From IMG/VR virus record IMGVR_UViG_3300047160_035978, positions 713-64,712 of that record: DNA of 64,000 nucleotides. One strand, written 5' to 3'. Each line of letters opens with the position of its first letter. The first letter of the stretch is position 1. The notes under the pieces are model-generated. The model searched no databases, had not been told where the DNA came from, and saw only the letters and a program-made list of their open reading frames with translations. Below are positions 1 to 9,231 of this stretch, in pieces. The DNA comes from a virus (lineage: Duplodnaviria; Caudoviricetes). Made by a program: the position numbers and the translations under genes.

Positions 1-180
1 CGGCATTCCAGCCTCCCAGTTCCGCGCCGCATACTTCTTCGCGCCGCGCTCCATCTGAAGCGCACCGGCGAGGATGCCGTAGATGGGAAGCAGGTCGAAT
101 GCGCCCTTGCCCTCGGCAGCGTCGCGGACGGCGCCGGTGCTGAACTCGCGCCGGGTGCCTGAATCCTTCAAGTCGGTCAT
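1..180 (-). CDS. dATP/dGTP diphosphohydrolase-like (DUF5664) protein, truncated by window edge
   Basis: Manual translation MTDLKDSGTRREFSTGAVRDAAEGKGAFDLLPIYGILAGALQMERGAKKYAARNWEAGMP contains the family GAxKY..NW..G motif. Confidence 0.7.
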   Translation of the reverse strand, partial: MTDLKDSGTRREFSTGAVRDAAEGKGAFDLLPIYGILAGALQMERGAKKYAARNWEAGMP

Positions 181-187
181 GTGAACC

Positions 188-619
188 TCAGCAGGGAAGC
201 CCGGCCGCCTGCCATTGCGCCTGCAGCAACAGGTAGGCGTTGAGGCCGATGCGGCGCCGGACCAGGTAGAGAAGTGCCTCGCGAAACATCACGCCGTGGT
301 CCTGGAAGCAGCTGTTCCAGACGCAGGCGTGGGCGATCTCGTGGAGCACGACGAAGTGCGTCCACTTCTTGCGCGGCAGGCAGATTTCGAAGCGTATCCC
401 ATCGTAGGTCGCGCATTGGGCGTAGCCGCGCAGGCCGGCGCCATTCCGCACGGTGAACTGCATCGGCTGCGGCCAGCGGCGCAGAAACCAGTCCTGCACC
501 ACCAGGATGCGGATGTAGCCGCGGATGTCGGCCAGCGAGTCGAAGCGCCGATCACCGACGGCCGCGATCATGCAGTCCTCGGCGGCATAGACGAGGGCGT
601 CGACGTCGCGGGTCATCAT
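188..619 (-). CDS. HExxH zinc metallohydrolase (SprT/Rv0185-like)
   Basis: VVLHEIAH followed by HGVMF. Confidence 0.65.
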   Translation of the reverse strand: MMTRDVDALVYAAEDCMIAAVGDRRFDSLADIRGYIRILVVQDWFLRRWPQPMQFTVRNGAGLRGYAQCATYDGIRFEICLPRKKWTHFVVLHEIAHACVWNSCFQDHGVMFREALLYLVRRRIGLNAYLLLQAQWQAAGLPC

Positions 620-1788
620 TCAATTCCGATCATCTCCGGCACCACCGTGTTGCGGCCGACCTGGCCGTACTCCGCGTGGTAGGTGATGGCCGATGCCTGG
701 CGCTCGGCGATCCAGCCGCCGCGGGCCGCGTAGGCGTCGCGCGCCGCGAGCGTGGGGTGCTGGATCACCGTGATACCACTATGCTCGCGCTCCTCGACGT
801 GGTGGCGGTGGCCGGTGTGGACGTAGCGCTTCGTCGTGTCGCCCCAGAGCTTGGGGAACTGGGCGGCGAACAGCAGCGGCAGTTCGTTGTTCTTCTTCAG
901 ATGGCCGTGGTGCCAGCCGAGGAAGGTCTTGCCGAACTGGATCGCGTAGTAGGGCAGTGGCGAGTCGATCACCTGCACCCGCGGCTCTTTCTCGTAGAGC
1001 GCGGCGAACAGCACGCGAAGCCAGATGCTGGAGCTGATGTCGTGGTTGCCCTCCGCCATCAGGACGATGACCTTGCGGTGCCTCTGCAGGGCGCGGTCGA
1101 CGATGCGGCGCAGGATGCTGACGGCGATCTGCACGACCTTGGAGAACCGGCCGTCGGCGTCCAGCAGATGGCCGCTGGTGGGCGTCGCGGGGGAAATGTT
1201 GTCCATATGCAGGAAGTCGCCCAGCTGCGCCACAATGCCGAGCGAGGCTTTGGGCGCGCCTTCCACGAGGGCGTCGAAGCAGCCGGTGAGAGTGCGTTCC
1301 GCGATGCGCAGGTCCCAGTCCGCGCCTGCCTCCTGCCGCCAGGCCAGGGCGCCGACGTGAGCATCGGTCAGGGTGTAGACCGTGGCCAGAGCCTCGGCGG
1401 TAAGCTTTGGTGGCTTGACCGCCGGCCGGCGCGGGATTTCCTCGGCGAGAGACGTCACCGCAGCGCGTAGAGCCTCCAGCACCAGCTGTTGGTCTGGGCT
1501 CTGCCGCTCCCAGGTGCGTTCCACGGCGCCGCCAGCGTCGCGCTGCACGGTCACTTTGCCCATCAGGTATCCGGGGGCAACTCCGCTGTCCCAGTTGCCC
1601 GGAGCATGTCCTTCGCGGGCGGCCCGTCGGCGAAGGCCGGCAATCGTCTCGAAGATCTTTCGGACGCCGACGCCGGTTTCCTCTGAAGCCTTGCGATAGC
1701 TGCCGAGCCTTGTGATGGCGTCGATAAACTGGGCCTGCCTCGGCGTTGCGTAGGGGAGCAGTGCGGCGAGGTCAGGACGGGCGTTCAT
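616..1788 (-). CDS. Calcineurin-like metallophosphoesterase with N-terminal HTH
   Basis: Motifs TDAHVG, LGDFLH, GNHD, HHGH, HTGHRHH in canonical order. Confidence 0.8.
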   Translation of the reverse strand: MNARPDLAALLPYATPRQAQFIDAITRLGSYRKASEETGVGVRKIFETIAGLRRRAAREGHAPGNWDSGVAPGYLMGKVTVQRDAGGAVERTWERQSPDQQLVLEALRAAVTSLAEEIPRRPAVKPPKLTAEALATVYTLTDAHVGALAWRQEAGADWDLRIAERTLTGCFDALVEGAPKASLGIVAQLGDFLHMDNISPATPTSGHLLDADGRFSKVVQIAVSILRRIVDRALQRHRKVIVLMAEGNHDISSSIWLRVLFAALYEKEPRVQVIDSPLPYYAIQFGKTFLGWHHGHLKKNNELPLLFAAQFPKLWGDTTKRYVHTGHRHHVEEREHSGITVIQHPTLAARDAYAARGGWIAERQASAITYHAEYGQVGRNTVVPEMIGIE

Positions 1789-2105
1789 TCGTCCGCCAGG
1801 CTCTTCGTTCCGAGCATGAAGCCCTCGATTCTGGCGACCTTCTTGTCGACGCCATGGACCGATTCGATCAGGCGGATGATTGTCTCCGAATTTGGCAGGT
1901 GTTGGATGCCAGCCTCGATGCGGTCGACTCGACCCTCCAGGCGGTCCAGCTTTGCGGATAGGTCGGCGTAGTGCTCGCCCTCCTGATGCGGCTGGCGTCC
2001 CATCAGGCGCTTGTAGGCGAATACCGAGCCGCCAACCGCTGCTCCAAGGCCGGTGCCGCCGGCCGCCGCCCAGCCTAGGACTTCCATCAGTGCTTGCGCG
2101 TCCAT
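1785..2105 (-). CDS. Single-TM coiled-coil protein (DUF2730-like), lysis region
   Basis: N-terminal hydrophobic segment then heptad pattern LDRLEGRVDRIEAGIQHLP. Confidence 0.5.
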   Translation of the reverse strand: MDAQALMEVLGWAAAGGTGLGAAVGGSVFAYKRLMGRQPHQEGEHYADLSAKLDRLEGRVDRIEAGIQHLPNSETIIRLIESVHGVDKKVARIEGFMLGTKSLADE

Positions 2106-2203
2106 CGCTTCTCCCTCCAGGCTTTGAATTCGCGCCGGGCGAGATCGATCACCCAGAGCAGGATGGCCAGCAGCACCATGAGGCGGTATGGCCAGGGCAC
2201 GGC

Positions 2204-2395
2204 TCAGCCTTGACCGGCCTGCTGGATCGCCTTGTCGGCCGCGGCCAGGTCGGCCTGCCAGGACGAGGCGAGTGCTGCCAGCTCGTCGGCCGTCGGCGCG
2301 CGGCCGTTGGCGATGACGAACTGGTGATACAGATCCATGAGCTGAGGGGCTTCCTGCAGCAGGAGGGTCAGCAGCTGGATGGCAAGGGCGGGCAT
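2204..2395 (-). CDS. Small hypothetical protein, lysis region
   Basis: 63-aa ORF with AGGAG RBS, co-oriented with operon. Confidence 0.55.
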   Translation of the reverse strand: MPALAIQLLTLLLQEAPQLMDLYHQFVIANGRAPTADELAALASSWQADLAAADKAIQQAGQG

Positions 2396-2405
2396 GGTAG
2401 TTCTC

Positions 2406-3056
2406 CTATTTCTGCGGGATCAGGGCGGCCAGCGCCGCGAGCGCGGCGTCGAGGTCGGCGGTGGAGCAGGCGGCCGTGCAGCCCTGCAGCGCGCCGGCGG
2501 CGCCATAGACGATCACGGCGGCATTCCGGATCTTGGTCGCGGTGGCAGGTGTGATGGCGCCGTTGCCCAGCAGGATCGGGATCTGCTTGACTGCGGCGTC
2601 GGCGGTGAGCTGGGCGTCATAGGCGGCAGACTGCACGTTCGGCGTCGAGGCGCAGTTGGCTAGGCCGAGCAGCAGCAAGCCGGCCGTAGCCATGCCGAGT
2701 AGCAGACCCAGCCGAACAAAACCATCCTGTTTGGGGGCCATGTCGCCCTGCGGCGCGGCCTGCACGGCCGTCGTGCTCTTGTTCAGGGTAGAGTCGAGCG
2801 TGAAGCCTGCGGTGAAGCCGGCCATCAGCAACGGCTTCAGGGTGAGGTCGTCGAGCGTGCCGGTGAACCAGGCGGTCGCCGCAGCCGCAATGACGCCGCT
2901 GAACGACGCCGCAGTGGCGCGCGGGTTGTCGCGGAAGAGGTAGTCCAGCAGGTTGCCGGCAATCTCCTTCCGATACCAAGCTTTCCAGTAATGGCCGAAC
3001 ATGCCGGCGATGCCGGCGGCGGCGAAAATGAGGGCGTTCTGCAACGTCGGATCCAC
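2406..3056 (-). CDS. Holin-like membrane protein with internal lipoprotein-like C-terminal half (possible holin/spanin)
   Basis: GTG start 3056 after AGGAG; several TM segments; internal LLLLGLANC lipobox; directly downstream of endolysin. Confidence 0.55.
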   Translation of the reverse strand: MDPTLQNALIFAAAGIAGMFGHYWKAWYRKEIAGNLLDYLFRDNPRATAASFSGVIAAAATAWFTGTLDDLTLKPLLMAGFTAGFTLDSTLNKSTTAVQAAPQGDMAPKQDGFVRLGLLLGMATAGLLLLGLANCASTPNVQSAAYDAQLTADAAVKQIPILLGNGAITPATATKIRNAAVIVYGAAGALQGCTAACSTADLDAALAALAALIPQK

Positions 3057-3061
3057 GGGTG

Positions 3062-3661
3062 CTACTCCTGGCCGGCGCCGCCGGCGATGGGGGAAGGGAT
3101 GAGGGCCATGGCGGCTGCCTGGACGCGCTCGACACGTGCGCCCCAGCCGCCGCCGTAGTGCGGCCACTTCGGCAGGGATTGCAGGAAGGCGAGCCGGCGG
3201 CGCTCGAAGTCGGGGATCACCGTCGACAGGTCGGCGACCTGGGCAGAGTTGATGGTGATGGGGCCGAGCGCATCGTCGACCGCGACGCCCAGGGCGCCCT
3301 GCAACCATGCCACGGTGCGGTGGATGTGGCCGGTGCGCGATCCCAGGCCACTCATCACCTCGGAGTCCAGCGCGACGTAGGCCAGCGGCAACGGCAGTTC
3401 GTCGCCGTGCAGCGGCACCCAGTACCTGGCATCGTAGATCGCCAGCGCCTCTTCCTGCGTCAGGGCGCGCATGTCGGCGGCAGTGACCGGCGTCCTGCGC
3501 CAGGACGCCAGCACCGGTGCGGAGATGCCGCGGCAAGTGCCAATCAGAGCGCCAGCGCCGGCTGTTCCGCCGGACCAGTTGCCGTCATCCTCGGGATCGC
3601 ACTGATATAGGCCCTCGCTGTTGAGGACGCCGGCGGCGCAGGTGAGAAAGTTGGGGCTCAT
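3062..3661 (-). CDS. Endolysin, glycoside hydrolase family 108 with C-terminal PG-binding domain
   Basis: EGLY..DPEDDGNWSGG, GIS, YW, GWxxRV pattern typical of GH108. Confidence 0.85.
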   Translation of the reverse strand: MSPNFLTCAAGVLNSEGLYQCDPEDDGNWSGGTAGAGALIGTCRGISAPVLASWRRTPVTAADMRALTQEEALAIYDARYWVPLHGDELPLPLAYVALDSEVMSGLGSRTGHIHRTVAWLQGALGVAVDDALGPITINSAQVADLSTVIPDFERRRLAFLQSLPKWPHYGGGWGARVERVQAAAMALIPSPIAGGAGQE

Positions 3662-6600
3662 CGGCCGGCCACCCACACGACATAGGCTTGGTTAGCGGGC
3701 GTACCCGCCGTGATCGCACAAACCTTGAAGGTGACAGTGCCAGGAGCGCTGACGAAGCCTCGTGTCACGAAGTTGTCGCCGGGGTCGTTGGCGGCCGCGC
3801 CCGAGACGGCAACCGCCATGGACGTGGTGGCGCCCGGCACCGATACCGTGCCGCTGGTGCACTGCCCGGCGGTCAGCGCCGATCCTCCGATGCTGCTGGT
3901 GGTCACTGGCGGAAGCACCATCGACTTGCCTGGGCCAAACTGTGTCGGCACCGTGCCGAAGGCGGTCCATACCTCGCCAGTTCCGGCCGTCCAGCTCCGC
4001 GCGCCGGCCGAAGGCAGCAACCACTGCACCACAGCGGAACCGCCCAGGGTGGTTGCGATCTCGGCGCGCCCGATGGGGCCGGTGGAGTTCAGTGCCGTGC
4101 CTTGGTATCCGGATCCGGCTTCCACCACCTGGGTGGCCGAATCGAAGATCGTCAACGAGCCGAGGATCGTCGTGCCCCCGAGCTGGGTCCAGGTGCCAGC
4201 GGAGTCGTCCGAATTGACCGGCGCCGTCCACAGCGTGACGGCACCAGTCGACGCGGTGAGCTGGGCGCGAACCCATAGGTCCGAGGTCAGCGGCGATGGC
4301 AGAAGTGACGCGCCCGAGCTGCCGGACACCTCGGTGGTGCCGTTCGTCGATGTGGCGAACTGCAAGGCGCCGGAGCCGTTGACGAAGAAGCGGTAGCAAA
4401 GCGCGCTGCCGCCGGACTTGCCGATCAGGTTTGCCTGCCCGGTCGGTCGGGTGATATAGCCCGCCCGGAGCAGGGCGCGCAGCTCGATGTTCCCGGTGAT
4501 GCGGTTCGCGCTGGCGGATGGAGTGCTGAAGTAGTTGCCAGCGGTGCCGGGGAAATTGGCGCCGATGACGGTGTTCAGGTACGTCCCGAGGCCAGCCACC
4601 TTGGCCGGGTTCACGCCGGCCGAGTTGTTGACCATGTAGTCCTGCAGGAACCCGGTGACCGGCACGATCGGCTGCGGCGGCGACAGGCTGCCGCTGAGCG
4701 TGCGGCCGCGCTGGACGATGATCTTCTGGATGTAGGTCGCGGTGCTCGAGCCGAGCTCGTCGCCATAGAGGAACAGGTCGGCGAACTTCACGCCCGGGGG
4801 GAAGTAGAGCGTGACCGAGTGCCAGAACCAGTTGCCTTGTCCATCGCGCTTGCCGTTGTTGTAGGCGATGGACGGCGCGGTGGAATTGACCTTGACCGCG
4901 CCGTTGTTGGCATCGATGTAATGCAGACCGAGCGCGCAGTTCTCGGTGGGGTCCGTGCCCACGTCGTAGCGGCATAGGATCTGCGCGGTGACCCATTGGC
5001 CGGCTACCGAGTTGGGGCCGCTGACCGCCAGCGGAATGTCCAGCGTGTTATTGGAAGAGGTCGCGACCAGCTTCAGCGCGGTGACGCCGGGGAAGTCGGT
5101 TGTGTCCTTGCTGTACGTGATGTTGGTTGCGGTCAGGCCGGGGATCGGCAGCGTGCCGTCCGCGTTCCAGTCCAGCAGCAGGCCGTCCGCCACCAGCTGC
5201 TCCTGCGCTGCGGTCTGGAATAGCGACTTCGGCACCGACGGCGGAGCCATGCGCCCAAAGGACTTCGGCTGAAACAGCCTGTTGACCAGGCCGGCCCACA
5301 CTCCGTAGCCGGTGGTGTTGGGGTGCAGATTGTTGCTCATCCACTGGCTTTGCCAGCTCGGGTTCGCGTTGAACACCGACCACACGTCGACGTAGCCATA
5401 GCCACGCTGCGCCGCGATCTGAGAGACGATGCGGGTCTTGATCGGTTCGTCCGCCTGCAGCGAGGTGCTGTCGAAGCGGGGGTTCTGGCCCATCATGATG
5501 ACCGGGGCCTGATGGACCGCGGTCAGCTGCTCCACCGAGCGCAGCACGTCGGTGAAGAAGTTGTTCTGCCCGTTGGATCCGATGTTGGTCTGGATCTCGT
5601 TGTGGCTGTGGTTGAAGAACCACAGGTCCGGGCGGATAACGCCCAGGGAGGGATCGCGATACTGGCCGAAGCCGTACAAGGAGCGGGAGCCAGAGATGGC
5701 TACGCTCCAGAAGTGGATGACCGGATCCGCGCCTAGTTGCACCGTGCACTGGCTGCCACCGCATGCCGTCGGCCCCAGCGTCTGTGTCGGGTAGATCGCG
5801 TTGCCCTCCTCGTTGAGGAGGGTGAAGCTGGTGCCGGCGGTGACCACACCGACGAAGGCATGCGGCGGGATACCCAGGCCCAGGACGTGCTTGCCGGCGT
5901 CGCCCGAGGCGATGCTGCTGTCGGTGATGACGTTGCTGGTGGTGGCGCCCGAGACATTGTGCGTCGACAGGCCGGACGGGCCGGTCTGCAGGATCGTCGG
6001 CGCGTACCAGGTGTACGGTGCAGCGGTGGCGGCCGGAGCGCTTGTGGTGGGGTCCAGCCACTGCGAGTAAGCGACCGTGTAGGCCGGCCACTGCGGCCCC
6101 AGCAGCACCGCGAACTGCCGCAGGTAGGTGAGCGGCTGGGTATTGTCGGTGAGATATAGCTGGGTGTCGCCCGTGGAATCGGAGAGTTGGCCGAAGGTCA
6201 CGTCCTGGCCGCGCTGCAATTTCAGCAGCACCGCCTGGGTCACGGCCTCGTTCTGGAGATCGAGGTCGCCCAGGGCGGCTTGCGTGGTCGAGCCGGGGAC
6301 GGTGGAGTCGTTGGCGACCTGCGACGTGGCCGGCTGAGCCGTGGTAATAACGCCAGAGCCGTTTATGCCAGTCACGTATTGGTTGGCGACCGGCGCCGCA
6401 CTCTTGACGCCACCCAGGGTCGAGCCAGTCGGCGCCGGAAGCCGCGCCGCCGGCAGCATGCCGGTGCCCAGATCAGAGGCGGAACCACTCGTGGCGACCG
6501 GGGCTAGTCCGGACACGTCGCCGCTGGTGATGCTTAGCACGCTCTTGGCCTGGCTGGCCGTACAAGCGGTCGGCGGCGCAGTGCCGCCGGTGGAATTGCA

Positions 6601-6738
6601 GAGGAGCGTCTGGCCCGACTGCGGCACGAGCTTGGTCAGCGGCGTGGTCTGGTCCTGGATGACCTTTCCATTGATCGTCTGCTGCGCGAATGCGGGAAGC
6701 GCGATGGCTGTGAGCAGCAGCAGAAGCTTAGAACGCAT
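3658..6738 (-). CDS. Large tailspike/fibre-like protein with SGNH esterase domain and lectin-like modules; N-terminal Sec signal-like sequence
   Basis: SGNH blocks LSDSTG, FNHSHNE, NNLHPNTTGY; Gly/Thr-rich beta regions; N-terminus MRSKLLLLLTAIALPAFA. Confidence 0.7.
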   Translation of the reverse strand: MRSKLLLLLTAIALPAFAQQTINGKVIQDQTTPLTKLVPQSGQTLLCNSTGGTAPPTACTASQAKSVLSITSGDVSGLAPVATSGSASDLGTGMLPAARLPAPTGSTLGGVKSAAPVANQYVTGINGSGVITTAQPATSQVANDSTVPGSTTQAALGDLDLQNEAVTQAVLLKLQRGQDVTFGQLSDSTGDTQLYLTDNTQPLTYLRQFAVLLGPQWPAYTVAYSQWLDPTTSAPAATAAPYTWYAPTILQTGPSGLSTHNVSGATTSNVITDSSIASGDAGKHVLGLGIPPHAFVGVVTAGTSFTLLNEEGNAIYPTQTLGPTACGGSQCTVQLGADPVIHFWSVAISGSRSLYGFGQYRDPSLGVIRPDLWFFNHSHNEIQTNIGSNGQNNFFTDVLRSVEQLTAVHQAPVIMMGQNPRFDSTSLQADEPIKTRIVSQIAAQRGYGYVDVWSVFNANPSWQSQWMSNNLHPNTTGYGVWAGLVNRLFQPKSFGRMAPPSVPKSLFQTAAQEQLVADGLLLDWNADGTLPIPGLTATNITYSKDTTDFPGVTALKLVATSSNNTLDIPLAVSGPNSVAGQWVTAQILCRYDVGTDPTENCALGLHYIDANNGAVKVNSTAPSIAYNNGKRDGQGNWFWHSVTLYFPPGVKFADLFLYGDELGSSTATYIQKIIVQRGRTLSGSLSPPQPIVPVTGFLQDYMVNNSAGVNPAKVAGLGTYLNTVIGANFPGTAGNYFSTPSASANRITGNIELRALLRAGYITRPTGQANLIGKSGGSALCYRFFVNGSGALQFATSTNGTTEVSGSSGASLLPSPLTSDLWVRAQLTASTGAVTLWTAPVNSDDSAGTWTQLGGTTILGSLTIFDSATQVVEAGSGYQGTALNSTGPIGRAEIATTLGGSAVVQWLLPSAGARSWTAGTGEVWTAFGTVPTQFGPGKSMVLPPVTTSSIGGSALTAGQCTSGTVSVPGATTSMAVAVSGAAANDPGDNFVTRGFVSAPGTVTFKVCAITAGTPANQAYVVWVAGR

Positions 6739-7426
6739 AGGAAAGCCTCACGGTTTGGAAGGTGGTCTGGTCGACGCCGGGCGCGATACTGAGCGAGCGG
6801 CCGGATATGACAACGTTTGCCGACGGCTGCTCGATGCCGTCGAAGAAGACGAGCAGCATTGAGTTATTCGGTTGCTGTGACAGCGTGTATGGACCCGGCA
6901 CCGACACCGCGAAGGAGTCGTTGTGGACGCGCAGCGAAGCGCTGCTCAGGTAGGTGTAGGCAGCCCGGACCGTGCTGAAAAGCGTGTGGTCCACGCTTGG
7001 ATCGAGGACGATCTGCTGGCCTTGCAGCGACCAGTTGTCGGTGGGTTGCTCGATGCCATCGAAGAAAACCAGCAGCAACTTCCCATCAGGCTGGAAGCTC
7101 AGGGGGAAGGGGCCGGCGCCGCTGCTGAATGTATCGGAAGCCGTGCGCAGACTGCTGCCGGAGCCGGCGAGTACCAGAGTCAGTTGCGAGACCAGGCCAG
7201 CTAAGTCGCCGTTGTCGAGCACGCTCTGGCCGAGCGTATTGACGATGACCTGGGCGAGAGCCGCGCTGACGAACGTTGCTTGGCGTAGGGCCTTGTTGAT
7301 GTCCGCCGGCTGCACCGGACCCGGCGAATAGCCGAGCTGTGTGCTTCGTGCACCGGCATAGGCACTCTGTGGAGTGACCACCGCACCAGGCTGGGCCGCG
7401 AAGGGAACGAATTCATTGACGCTCAT
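6728..7426 (-). CDS. Tail fibre-associated protein: baseplate-anchor N-terminus plus two internal repeats
   Basis: N-terminus NEFVPFA...NKALRQ paralogous to the 7439-8344 product; repeat LLVFFDGIEQP occurs twice. Confidence 0.65.
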   Translation of the reverse strand: MSVNEFVPFAAQPGAVVTPQSAYAGARSTQLGYSPGPVQPADINKALRQATFVSAALAQVIVNTLGQSVLDNGDLAGLVSQLTLVLAGSGSSLRTASDTFSSGAGPFPLSFQPDGKLLLVFFDGIEQPTDNWSLQGQQIVLDPSVDHTLFSTVRAAYTYLSSASLRVHNDSFAVSVPGPYTLSQQPNNSMLLVFFDGIEQPSANVVISGRSLSIAPGVDQTTFQTVRLSYAF

Positions 7427-7438
7427 GGGCTATGCCTC

Positions 7439-8344
7439 TTAGTTCCACCGACCGATCGCGCGCCAGCCCATCGACGTCGCTCCGTTGGTGTTGCGGATGT
7501 CCATGCTCGCCGTGGTGATGTTGGTGATTTCGCTCGTGCTGTCGCCGACACCGGTGAAGTTATTGCCAAAGTAGGTGCCGACGATGTTGGCCGCGTTGGT
7601 GAAGCCGCCAGCCCCCGGTGTCAGCGGGAAGGTGACGGTGTAGAGGGCGCCCGCCGCGCTGACCGGTAGATATCCCCACTGCTCCAATACTCCGCTGGAG
7701 CGCTTCTCCCACCAGCCATTGGCATTGCTGCCTGACGACGCTGGGCTGCGCGCCTGGTAGTACATAAGCACTTGCCAAGTGCCGCTGCCGAGGTACTCTG
7801 CGATGAGGAAATCGCCCGCCGCAGCCTGGATGTTTGCGGCACCGGGAAGAAGCAGGTTGCCGCTGTTGGTGAGCAGGGGGGCGCCGGTGAACGTCACGAA
7901 GTACAGCGGGCGGCTAACATCAGCGGTGCTGCCGAACGAATTGATGCCTGCCGCGCCGGTGACTTGGACAAAATGCGAGGCGATGCCACCCCCGGCGACC
8001 TTCTCGGCCGTGCCAAGATCGGTAGTCGCTGCCGATGCCAAGGCGAAGACCGGGCCGGTGGCGCCGACGAGCTGCATCGTTTGCAGGAAGTCAGCCAGTT
8101 TGCCCGTCGAATCGCCGTCATCGACGACGTTCTTGTTCAGCTTCGCCACGATGGCGTCTCCGAGCAGCTGCGCCCAGAACGAGGACTGGCTCCACGCCTT
8201 GTTGAGCTGGTTGGAATAGGCGGTCTTGTCGGTGCCCGTGGTGGGGAAGCCGGAAGCCAGCCAGGATGCAGCGGCATATACCGCCTGACTGATCTTGTTG
8301 GCTCCTACGCCATAGGCGAATTTGAGGAAGTCGTTGGTTGCCAT
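7439..8344 (-). CDS. Tail fibre protein (gp53-like C-terminal domain)
   Basis: MATNDFLKFA...NKAWSQ anchor; C-terminal NGWWEKRSSGVLEQWG..VTFP. Confidence 0.75.
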   Translation of the reverse strand: MATNDFLKFAYGVGANKISQAVYAAASWLASGFPTTGTDKTAYSNQLNKAWSQSSFWAQLLGDAIVAKLNKNVVDDGDSTGKLADFLQTMQLVGATGPVFALASAATTDLGTAEKVAGGGIASHFVQVTGAAGINSFGSTADVSRPLYFVTFTGAPLLTNSGNLLLPGAANIQAAAGDFLIAEYLGSGTWQVLMYYQARSPASSGSNANGWWEKRSSGVLEQWGYLPVSAAGALYTVTFPLTPGAGGFTNAANIVGTYFGNNFTGVGDSTSEITNITTASMDIRNTNGATSMGWRAIGRWN

Positions 8345-8352
8345 CTCAGGCC

Positions 8353-9231
8353 TCAGGTAGGCGTGGCGAATGCTTCGTTCGAAGTCAGGGTCTGGCCGAA
8401 GACGTTGGTGGCCTTGACCTTGAAGTAGTACGTGGTGCCCGGGGTCAGCCCCGAGATCGTGGTTGTCACGGTGCTATTCGGATTCGCCGCGGTCGGCGCC
8501 GGGCCGGTTGCCGTGAACACCGGCGTCGGGCCTTCACCACCAGGGCTGGTGCCCTTGTAGACGGCGTAGCTGACGCCGTTCATGGTGTTGAAGCCCAGCT
8601 GCACCGCGCCGGGCTCTGCGGCGGCCACGAGGGTGAAGCCGACGTCGGTGATCAGGTAGGTATGGATGCTGATCGTCGACGGCCGCACGCTCAGGTAATC
8701 GCCGTAGAACATCGCCTTGGTGTCGGCGTCCGGCGCGATCTGATACAGCAAGCCCAAGGTGATCGACAGGTCGCCGTTGTCCTTGATGCTGATCTGGTAG
8801 CCGGTGCCGGAGAACAGCGTGTCCCAGATCGCGTACGCGGCCGGCAGGCTCCCATCCCACTGGTTGCGCAGCACCTTGGCCTTCAGCGCCAGGCGGTAGT
8901 GCAGGTCATCCAGCGTCAGCGCAGTGCCTGGAGAATCGCCCGGCTCGAACCACGGCACCTCGTCGAAGCCGGCGGCCGGAATGTCGAAGCTGAAGTACTG
9001 CCCCTGCGGCGGCAGCGTGATGTATCGCGACAGGCCGATCCACTGGCCGATCTTGTCGAGCTGGTCCCCGACCGCGGTGTCGAGGTCCATCAATGATGGC
9101 AGACCCGCCAGCACGTTCTGGTTGTTGACGAAGGGCTCGACGAAAAGCGCGATGACGGCGTTGAAGTTCGGCTGTGGCCGATACAGGCTCGTCAGCAGCG
9201 ACTGGTACTGCTGAATCGTTGCAGCGGTCAC
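8353..9231 (-). CDS. Baseplate wedge protein (DUF2612) with C-terminal fibronectin type III domain
   Basis: GDQLDKIGQWIGLSR and DDLHYRLALKAK; tail ISGLTPGTTYYFKVKATN. Confidence 0.75.
   Translation of the reverse strand: MTAATIQQYQSLLTSLYRPQPNFNAVIALFVEPFVNNQNVLAGLPSLMDLDTAVGDQLDKIGQWIGLSRYITLPPQGQYFSFDIPAAGFDEVPWFEPGDSPGTALTLDDLHYRLALKAKVLRNQWDGSLPAAYAIWDTLFSGTGYQISIKDNGDLSITLGLLYQIAPDADTKAMFYGDYLSVRPSTISIHTYLITDVGFTLVAAAEPGAVQLGFNTMNGVSYAVYKGTSPGGEGPTPVFTATGPAPTAANPNSTVTTTISGLTPGTTYYFKVKATNVFGQTLTSNEAFATPT

Noticed and set aside
1-180. 2-aminoadenine (Z) genome pathway
   Set aside because: DUF5664-like gene only; no PurZ, DatZ or phage polymerase in the window.
3658-8344. DGR variable region in tail fibre genes
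   Set aside because: None of the fibre ORFs contains the VR-encoded GLVRLCREV peptide, and I saw no TR-like sequence there (by eye, not an exhaustive search).
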